DNA of 64,000 nt from an uncultured Flavobacteriales bacterium (GTDB taxonomy: Bacteria > Bacteroidota > Bacteroidia > Flavobacteriales > BACL11): the NCBI GenBank assembly GCA_964004625.1, contig CAXFOB010000042.1:8791-72790 (forward strand), written 5' to 3'. The translations under genes were made by a program, and so were the position numbers. The notes beneath the pieces are model-generated. The model ran no database searches. It saw nothing but the letters and a program-made list of their open reading frames with translations, and had not been told where the DNA came from. This document shows positions 57,406-64,000 of this stretch, piece after piece (the stretch's first letter is position 1; the number at the start of each line of letters is the position of its first letter).

Positions 57406-58037
57406 TTTTTAATTAACTTATAAACAAAAACAGAACTTATTGCACCTAAAGTAGTAGCAACTATATAAACCCATAAAAAAGAGGCGTTACCAAATATTGC
57501 AGGAGCAATACTTCTTGCTGGATTCATAGATGCTCCACAAATTGGTCCTGCAAAAATAGCCTCAAAAGCTACAACAGCACCAATGGAGATACCTGCTATG
57601 ATACCTTTTTCTTTAGATCCAGTAGAGACATTTAATATGACAAACATCAATATTAAAGAGAGAAAAAATTCTAATATAAAGGACTGTATCCAATTTCCAT
57701 CTTTAACTAAAGTTTCTCCCATAGTATTAGATTCTGGGAGTATAAAATATAACATACAAGAAGCTAACACCGCTCCAATAATTTGAAATAATACATAAAA
57801 AATAACATCTTTACCCTCAAATTTTTTAGAAATCCAAAAAGCAATTGTTACCGCAGGATTTATGTGAGCTCCTGAAATATCACCGATTGAATAAATGACC
57901 ACCATTACAACTAAACCAAAAGATAAACCAATACCTAAATTTGTCACCTGACCCGTAATATCATTAATCATAATAGCTCCTGTGCCTACAAAAACTAAAA
58001 TAAATGAACCTATTAACTCTGCCCAATACCTCTTCAT
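57402..58037 (-). CDS. MIP-family channel (aquaporin/aquaglyceroporin-like), short form
   Basis: 211 aa with two NPA boxes, GAHINPAVT and GASMNPARS. Confidence 0.85.
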   Translation of the reverse strand: MKRYWAELIGSFILVFVGTGAIMINDITGQVTNLGIGLSFGLVVMVVIYSIGDISGAHINPAVTIAFWISKKFEGKDVIFYVLFQIIGAVLASCMLYFILPESNTMGETLVKDGNWIQSFILEFFLSLILMFVILNVSTGSKEKGIIAGISIGAVVAFEAIFAGPICGASMNPARSIAPAIFGNASFLWVYIVATTLGAISSVFVYKLIKN

Positions 58038-58438
58038 AAAATACTTTGTAATTTTTCTGTTAATACTTTTGGGCTATGGCAAGGTTTTCCTGTCTTCATA
58101 TCTACAAAAACTAGAGTTGTCTCTGCGGTATTCAATAAATCTCCATAAGAATTGAAAGTTTTATAACTAAACATAATCTTTAATGTAGGAATCTGAACAA
58201 TAGTAGTTTCAATTGTTAATTCATCATCATAAAATGCAGGTTTCTTATAATCTATGTTATAATTTACTACTGGTAAAGAGTATCCAGTCTCCTCTAATTT
58301 TTTGTAGGAAAATCCCAAACTTCTTAACAACTCCACCCTTCCCACTTCAAAATATTGAGCATACACCCCATAATAAGCATATTTCATCTGATCTGTCTCC
58401 GCATACCTTACCCTTAATTTTATTTTGTGTGTATACAT
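58034..58438 (-). CDS. Acyl-CoA thioesterase, 4HBT/YbgC-like hotdog fold
   Basis: 134 aa. The N-terminus VRYAETDQMKYAYYGVYAQYFEVGR is a typical YbgC/FadM-family motif. It overlaps the channel gene by 4 nt. Confidence 0.75.
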   Translation of the reverse strand: MYTHKIKLRVRYAETDQMKYAYYGVYAQYFEVGRVELLRSLGFSYKKLEETGYSLPVVNYNIDYKKPAFYDDELTIETTIVQIPTLKIMFSYKTFNSYGDLLNTAETTLVFVDMKTGKPCHSPKVLTEKLQSIL

Positions 58439-58507
58439 AAAATATTTTCAACAAAAATAAATAAATATATTTTAGATAATAAAATTATTCTTAAAATTGT
58501 ATTCATT

Positions 58508-59314
58508 ATGAAAATCAAACTAAAAATTATATATATAACTGTAGTTTTACTATCTTCTTGCAGTACTCAATTAGTTATTGATCATAATCAAAATGAAATA
58601 ATTCCTGTAATTTCAACCCCAGACTCTGCAATAACTGCAATGATCAATCCTTATAAGATAGGAATTGATTCTGTAATGAATGAGGTAATATGTATTTCGG
58701 AGAGAGAAATGACCAAAGGAAGACCTGAAAGTTTACTAGGTAATTTTGTAACTGATTTATGTTTAGAAGAGTTTTCCGATAAAGCAAATATTTGTATAAT
58801 GAATAATGGTGGATTACGATTCCCTCTACCTAAAGGAGAGATAACTATTGGAGATATATATAAACTGATGCCGTTTGAAAATGAACTTGTAGTTTTAGAA
58901 TTAAATGGATTAGAACTTTTCAGCTTAATAGAATATATCTATTCACGAAAAGGAGAGCCTTTCTCAGGAATTAAGATATACTCAATGGATTCTTGTATGA
59001 TACTATCTAATAGAAACATTCTATATCGGAATGAAAACAAGATTTTGATGAGTGAACCAGTGATTGCAAGTAGTTGTGGAGAAGAAGAAGAAGTTTATGT
59101 AGTTAGTAAAATTGATAAAACCTATAAGATAAGAATATTAACCTCAGATTATTTAGCTTATGGTGGAGACAAGATGTCGTTTTTTAAAGGAAAGACCCAA
59201 CAGAAGCTTGAAATAAAGTTAAGGGATGTTATCATTAATTATTGTAAAACAAAAGGATTTATAAATTCATCTCTTGACGAAAGGTTTACTTATAAAACAA
59301 AAAACAATGAGTAA
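58508..59314 (+). CDS. 5'-nucleotidase C-terminal (substrate-binding) domain lipoprotein
   Basis: I start it at MKIKLKIIYITVVLLSSC, which contains a lipobox. The ORF-track start at 58427 adds a non-signal extension. The body (LGNFVTDL...NNGGLR...GDIYKLMPFENELV) resembles the UshA C-terminal domain. Confidence 0.7.
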   Translation: MKIKLKIIYITVVLLSSCSTQLVIDHNQNEIIPVISTPDSAITAMINPYKIGIDSVMNEVICISEREMTKGRPESLLGNFVTDLCLEEFSDKANICIMNNGGLRFPLPKGEITIGDIYKLMPFENELVVLELNGLELFSLIEYIYSRKGEPFSGIKIYSMDSCMILSNRNILYRNENKILMSEPVIASSCGEEEEVYVVSKIDKTYKIRILTSDYLAYGGDKMSFFKGKTQQKLEIKLRDVIINYCKTKGFINSSLDERFTYKTKNNE

Positions 59315-60221
59315 CAGAAGAGATTTTATAAAAAGAGTTGGTTTAGGAGCAACCGCTTTAAGTGTATTACCCACAAATGTATTTTCGGAATCTTCAGAAA
59401 TGAAGCAATTAACTATTTTACACACCAATGACACTCACTCTCATATACATCCATTTACAAGTGGAAGAAACAAAGGATTTGGTGGAATGGCACAAAGAGC
59501 CAGTATTATAAAAAAAGTTAGAGAAGAAGGAAATCAAGTATTACTTTTAGACGCTGGTGACATATTTCAAGGCACACCATATTTCAATATTTATGGAGGT
59601 GAATTAGAGTTTAAATTAATGAGTGAAATGGGATATGATGCATCAACTATTGGAAACCACGATTTTGACAATGGAATAGATGGATTAGTCAAACAATTAC
59701 CTCACGCAAATTTTCCATTTATTGTATCAAATTACGACTTTTCCGACACAGAAATCGAGGGTAAATATCTAAAGTATAAAGTCTTTAATAAAGGTGGAAT
59801 AAAAGTTGGAGTCTTTGGTATTGGCATAGAACTTAAAGGTTTGGTTCCTAAAAAATTGTATAGAAACACTTTATACCAAGATCCAATTATACAAAGTAAT
59901 CATTACGCAAGATATCTAAAAGAATCACTAGGTTGTGATTTGGTAATATGTCTTTCTCACCTAGGATTTAAATACAAAACAAAAAAGATGTCAGACGAGA
60001 TACTTGCTTCACAATCAAAACATATCGATTTAATTATAGGTGGACACACTCATACTTTTTTAAACAAGCCAGTTTTTGTTAAAAATTTACACCAAAAAGA
60101 GGTTCAAATTGCACAAGTTGGATGGGCCGGCATCAATATTGGACGAATAGACTATTTTTTCAATCAAAAAATGTGTGTAAAAAAAGTTGAAGGAAGCTCT
60201 ATTTTCATAAAAAAACAATAA
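59307..60221 (+). CDS. Tat-exported metallophosphoesterase (5'-nucleotidase N-terminal catalytic domain)
   Basis: I start it at MSNRRDFIKRVGLGATALS, a twin-arginine signal. The calcineurin-like motifs are ILHTNDTHS, DAGD, GNHDF and GGHTH. It overlaps the upstream gene by 8 nt (ATGAGTAA). Confidence 0.8.
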   Translation: MSNRRDFIKRVGLGATALSVLPTNVFSESSEMKQLTILHTNDTHSHIHPFTSGRNKGFGGMAQRASIIKKVREEGNQVLLLDAGDIFQGTPYFNIYGGELEFKLMSEMGYDASTIGNHDFDNGIDGLVKQLPHANFPFIVSNYDFSDTEIEGKYLKYKVFNKGGIKVGVFGIGIELKGLVPKKLYRNTLYQDPIIQSNHYARYLKESLGCDLVICLSHLGFKYKTKKMSDEILASQSKHIDLIIGGHTHTFLNKPVFVKNLHQKEVQIAQVGWAGINIGRIDYFFNQKMCVKKVEGSSIFIKKQ

Positions 60222-60442
60222 TTTTTTAAATATTTTTTTATGTTAATTTATATATTTAAAAAAGTACTTAATCTAGCAATATTTTAGCTGTAAAAAAAAA
60301 ATAAAAGTCAAGCGATATTTTTTTCTTTTTTTAACTTTTGTGTGTTATCATTTTATTAATATTGTAACCTAATTAAAGTATTTTACTTTTAATTGAAGAC
60401 TTAAATTATTAACAAAACCACTAAAAAAAGGAGAGCCACAAT

Positions 60443-61873
60443 ATGAGCAAGTTAACATGTCAAGAAGTATGGAGTAAATGTTTAAATGTAATAAAAGACA
60501 ATGTTAGTCCTCAAAATTTCAAAACGTGGTTCGAACCTATAGTTCCAATAGAAGTTAAAGAAAAAACTCTTACCATACAAGTTCCCTCCTCTTTCTTTTT
60601 TGAGTATTTAGAAGAACATTATATCACACTTATAAGAAAGACCATTAAAAGGTTTTTAGGAAAAGATGGCAAATTAGATTACAACATTGTGGTTGAAGGA
60701 AATCAGAACATAAATCCTTACATTACAAATCTACCTTCTAATCAGCAAGGTGCTGTTAAAAACAATCCTATAAGTATGCCTATTGGATCTAACACCCCTT
60801 CAATAAGAAATCCATTCATCATTCCTGGATTACAAAAAATAAATATAAACCCACAGCTAAATCCTTCATATACATTTGATGCATTTGTAGAAGGAGAGTG
60901 TAATAGACTAGCAAGATCTGCTGGTTATGCTGTAGCACAAAAACCAGGAGGAACCTCTTTCAATCCCTTATTAATTTATGGATCTGGAGGATTAGGAAAA
61001 ACACATTTAGCAAATGCTATAGGACTAGAAACTAAAAAACTATTTCCAGATAAAACTGTACTTTATGTTTCTGCTGACAAGTTTCAAACTCAGTTTGTAG
61101 ATTCTATCATGGATGGCAAGAAAAATGATTTTATGCACTTTTACCAATCTATTGATGTTTTAATAATAGATGACGTTCAGTTTTTATGTGGAAAAGAAAA
61201 GACACAAGATGTTTTCTTTCATATCTTTAATCACCTTCATCAGAATGGTAAACAAATTATTCTTACCTCTGACAAGGCTCCTGTTGATATTGTAGGTATG
61301 GAGCAAAGACTATTATCTAGATTTAAATGGGGACTTGCTGCAGATTTACAATCTCCTGAATTAGAAACTCGATTAGCTATACTTAAAAAGAAAATTAAAA
61401 ATGATGGAATTGAAATTCCTTATGAGGTAATAGAATATATAGCATACTCTATAACAACAAATGTAAGAGAATTAGAAGGGTCATTGATTTCGTTACTAGC
61501 GCAAGCTTCACTAAACAGGAAAGAGATTACAATAGATTTAGCTAAAAACATGTTGGATAAATTTGTAAAGAATACAGCAAGAGAAGTTTCAATAGACTAC
61601 ATACAAAAAGTTGTTTGCGATTATTTTGACATACCTGTAGAAATAATGAAATCAAAAACTAGAAAAAGAGAAATTGTACAAGCTAGACAATTAGCCATGT
61701 ATTTTTCTAAGCAGCTTACAAAATCGTCACTGGCTCATATTGGGAAACACTGCGGAAATAAAGATCACGCAACAGTATTACACGCATGTAAAACAGTAAA
61801 CAATTTAGCAGATACAGACAAGAGATTTAAAGGATATATTTCTGACATTGAGAAAAGATTAATTCACTCATAA
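60443..61873 (+). CDS. dnaA: Chromosomal replication initiator protein DnaA
   Basis: 476 aa. Walker A is GSGGLGKTHL. It has AAA+ sensor regions and the C-terminal DNA-binding helix region KDHATVLHACK. Confidence 0.95.
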   Translation: MSKLTCQEVWSKCLNVIKDNVSPQNFKTWFEPIVPIEVKEKTLTIQVPSSFFFEYLEEHYITLIRKTIKRFLGKDGKLDYNIVVEGNQNINPYITNLPSNQQGAVKNNPISMPIGSNTPSIRNPFIIPGLQKININPQLNPSYTFDAFVEGECNRLARSAGYAVAQKPGGTSFNPLLIYGSGGLGKTHLANAIGLETKKLFPDKTVLYVSADKFQTQFVDSIMDGKKNDFMHFYQSIDVLIIDDVQFLCGKEKTQDVFFHIFNHLHQNGKQIILTSDKAPVDIVGMEQRLLSRFKWGLAADLQSPELETRLAILKKKIKNDGIEIPYEVIEYIAYSITTNVRELEGSLISLLAQASLNRKEITIDLAKNMLDKFVKNTAREVSIDYIQKVVCDYFDIPVEIMKSKTRKREIVQARQLAMYFSKQLTKSSLAHIGKHCGNKDHATVLHACKTVNNLADTDKRFKGYISDIEKRLIHS

Positions 61874-61877
61874 ACTC

Positions 61878-62324
61878 ATGAGAATTTTAATGGTTTGTTT
61901 AGGTAACATTTGCAGATCTCCACTCGCAGAAGGTATCCTGAAACAAAAATCAAAAGAAAAGGGTGTTGTTGTAGATTCTGCAGGAACAGCTTCTTATCAC
62001 ATTGGCAAGCTACCCGATAGCAGATCTATTGAAATTGCAAATAAATACAAAATAGATATCTCTAAGCAGAGAGCTAGGCAATTCTCTGAAATGGATTTTG
62101 ATAATTTCGACAAAATCTACGCAATGGACACACATAACTACGCCTCTATAATTTCACTTTCTAGAAATCAATCTGATAGAGAAAAAGTTGATTTAATTCT
62201 AAATGAAATAAATCCAAAATCATTTAACAGTGTTCCAGACCCTTATTACGGAGAGGAGGATGGGTTTCAAAAAGTATATGATATGTTAGATGAAGCTTGT
62301 GATAATATTATGAAAAAATTGTGA
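61878..62324 (+). CDS. Low-molecular-weight protein-tyrosine phosphatase
   Basis: 148 aa with the P-loop VCLGNICRSP (CX5R-S) and the downstream DPYY motif. Confidence 0.85.
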   Translation: MRILMVCLGNICRSPLAEGILKQKSKEKGVVVDSAGTASYHIGKLPDSRSIEIANKYKIDISKQRARQFSEMDFDNFDKIYAMDTHNYASIISLSRNQSDREKVDLILNEINPKSFNSVPDPYYGEEDGFQKVYDMLDEACDNIMKKL

Positions 62325-63034
62325 AAAAAGGAAGACTATATTTAATTCCCACAACTCTTGGAGAAGGAACAGAAAACAAAACCCTCCCTCCAGTTGTTTT
62401 AGAACTTATAAAAAATATAGATATTTTTATTGTTGAAAATATCAGAACCTCTAGAAGGTTTATAAAAAATATATACAAAGAAAAAGATATTGATACGACT
62501 ATATTTTATTCTTATGGAAAACATGACTCTTTAGATTTACAAGAAGATTTTTTACCTTATATTTATCAAGGGAATGACGTTGGTATCATATCAGAAGCAG
62601 GGGTGCCGTGTGTTGCAGATCCAGGATCTAAAATAGTTAATTTTGCTCACCAATATCAAGTAGATGTTGTTCCAATTACAGGACCATCCTCTATCCTACT
62701 TGCATTAATGGCTTCTGGTTTTAACGGACAAAATTTTTCTTTTAACGGATATCTTCCTATCGATAAAAAAGAAAGAAAGAAAAAAATAAAAGATTTAGAA
62801 ATACTTAGTAAAAAACAAGGAGAAACCCAAATCTTTATGGAAACTCCATACAGGAACATTCAATTGTTTGAGTCTATACTAAAAGTTTGTTCTAAAAATA
62901 CTAAGTTATGTATCGCATCAAACATTACACTTGATTCTGAAAATATAAAAACAAAAACAATTGAAGAATGGATATCATCTAACACTCCTGACATTCATAA
63001 ATCCCCAACAATATTTCTTATGTATTCTAGATAA
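62321..63034 (+). CDS. SAM-dependent methyltransferase, tetrapyrrole-methylase (RsmI-like) fold
   Basis: 237 aa. GRLYLIPTTLGE...GIISEAGVPCVADPG resembles the RsmI/YraL family. It overlaps the phosphatase gene by 4 nt. Confidence 0.6.
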   Translation: MKKGRLYLIPTTLGEGTENKTLPPVVLELIKNIDIFIVENIRTSRRFIKNIYKEKDIDTTIFYSYGKHDSLDLQEDFLPYIYQGNDVGIISEAGVPCVADPGSKIVNFAHQYQVDVVPITGPSSILLALMASGFNGQNFSFNGYLPIDKKERKKKIKDLEILSKKQGETQIFMETPYRNIQLFESILKVCSKNTKLCIASNITLDSENIKTKTIEEWISSNTPDIHKSPTIFLMYSR

Positions 63035-63051
63035 AAGAACTAATAACTATT

Positions 63052-63087
63052 AAAAAAAAACCACTGAGAATTCTCAGTGGTTTTTTT
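63052..63087. terminator. Bidirectional rho-independent terminator
   Basis: Perfect 20-nt palindrome CCACTGAGAATTCTCAGTGG (63061..63080), flanked by A9 upstream and T7 downstream. It lies between convergent genes. Confidence 0.8.
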
Positions 63088-63093
63088 ATGTAA

Positions 63094-64000
63094 TTAATGA
63101 TTATGACCATCATGATTATCATGACCTTTATCTCCACTAATTTCTAACAATTCTACTTCAAATATTAAAGTAGCATTTGGTCCTATTCCTGCTTGAGGAA
63201 TTCCATTTGCTCCGTATGCTAGGTTTGATGGAATAATAAAAGTAAACTTATCTCCTACTACCATTAACTGAAGTCCCTCCGTCCAGCCAGGAATAACTCT
63301 ATTTAAAGGAAATGTTGCAGGCTCTCCCCTTTGCACTGAAGAGTCAAAAATAGTACCATTCGTTAACCTACCAGTATAATGAACAGTTACTGTGCTATTT
63401 TCTTTAGGATGAACTTCTCCATCTCCTTTATAATCTATTTGATACGCTAAACCGCTCTCGGTTACTATCGCTCCTTCAGTTAATTCTTTCATTGCTTTTT
63501 CTGCTTCTAATCTTTTCTTTTCTTCCTCTTTTTTAGCTTCTGCTATGCCGTTACTAAAAACCTTATTAGCATCAAAATCTTTTGCGGAACCTTCTCTTAA
63601 TATTGTCACTGATTCCATAATATCATCTTGAGCAATAGCGTCAACAACATCCTGACCTGAAATAACACGACCAAATACAGTGTGTTTATTATCTAACCAA
63701 GGAGTTTCATTATGAGTAATAAAAAACTGGGATCCATTTGTGTTAGGACCAGAATTTGCCATAGACAAAATTCCCGATCTATCATGTTTTAAATCAGGGT
63801 GAAATTCATCTTGAAACTTATAACCCGGGTCACCCATTCCAGTCCCACTAGGACATCCACCTTGTATCATGAAATTTGCAATTACCCTATGAAACTTTAA
63901 ACCATCATAATAAGGAGTTCCTTTGGGCTTTGCTGTGTTTTCCATTGAACCTTCTGCTAAACTTACAAAGTTTGCCACTGTAATTGGAGTTTTTTCATAT
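63094..64000 (-). CDS. Dual-family peptidyl-prolyl isomerase: cyclophilin domain fused to FKBP domain, His-rich tail (5' end beyond window)
   Basis: The frame stays open upstream of the track's GTG start (..[17 protein letters not shown]), so the gene is truncated by the window edge. The cyclophilin core is [13 protein letters not shown]...[16 protein letters not shown]. The FKBP core is [16 protein letters not shown]...VIPGWTEGL...LIFEVELL. The tail is [13 protein letters not shown]. Confidence 0.8.
   Translation of the reverse strand, partial: YEKTPITVANFVSLAEGSMENTAKPKGTPYYDGLKFHRVIANFMIQGGCPSGTGMGDPGYKFQDEFHPDLKHDRSGILSMANSGPNTNGSQFFITHNETPWLDNKHTVFGRVISGQDVVDAIAQDDIMESVTILREGSAKDFDANKVFSNGIAEAKKEEEKKRLEAEKAMKELTEGAIVTESGLAYQIDYKGDGEVHPKENSTVTVHYTGRLTNGTIFDSSVQRGEPATFPLNRVIPGWTEGLQLMVVGDKFTFIIPSNLAYGANGIPQAGIGPNATLIFEVELLEISGDKGHDNHDGHNH

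Noticed and set aside
55393-58037. GAPDH plus membrane protein plus MIP channel as an arsenate (gapdh-arsJ-like) resistance module
   Set aside because: The membrane protein (188 aa) is far shorter than an ArsJ-type MFS. The GAPDH is the long housekeeping-paralog type. No arsR, arsC or arsB/acr3 is nearby, and the MIP gene is on the opposite strand, coupled to a thioesterase.
58213-58440. 75-aa plus-strand ORF opposite the thioesterase gene
   Set aside because: It is antisense to a hotdog-fold thioesterase that has a clear family motif.
1-64000. Search for CRISPR arrays, rRNA genes, IS elements, transposases, integrases, phage genes and toxin-antitoxin pairs
   Set aside because: I saw no regularly spaced direct repeats, no rRNA-like conserved stretches, and no DDE, tyrosine or serine recombinase-like translations in the ORF track. 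Apart from 36476..45863 the window looks like core chromosome.

Overview
Low-GC chromosomal segment that looks like Bacteroidota, probably Flavobacteriia. The support is recurrent TAnnTTTG -7 promoter boxes with short leaders, T9SS C-terminal sorting domains, a fused CcsBA, bamD-rpoZ-coaBC-DUF4835-recN synteny, and many lipoprotein signals. I call about 55 protein genes and one tRNA-His. I found no rRNA, CRISPR array, transposase or integrase. Most of the window is housekeeping: dnaA, gyrA, recN, clpC, fabI, coaBC, dapF, mltG, gap, a copA-type ATPase, ccsBA, bshB1 and wza/wzc. The stand-out is a 9.4 kb, seven-gene, minus-strand operon at 36476..45863. Every product carries an export signal, and all gene junctions are 4 nt or less. 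It contains a Tat-exported DUF1501-like protein, four small lipoproteins and two T9SS cargo proteins. One lipoprotein has a planctomycete-cytochrome-like domain with CX4CH. Two are built from DUF4214/DUF1549-like LGRE...S-x-E-[FY] modules. The cargo proteins are a Kazal-like type A cargo and a 1358-aa CUB-MAM-PKD type B cargo. I know of no described function for this combination, so it is my top candidate for a new envelope system. Secondary oddities:
- a periplasmic serine protease fused to a thioredoxin-like domain, sitting in a three-paralog cluster next to a POT peptide transporter
- a heptaheme-TPR lipoprotein wedged by overlapping codons between dapF/GNAT and mltG
- a split and order-swapped 5'-nucleotidase whose halves use different export routes
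- a cyclophilin-FKBP fusion with a His-rich tail
- an AT-rich 0.85 kb noncoding island with an orphan 65-aa gene
All calls come from reading the ORF translations and the DNA by eye. No database search was run.
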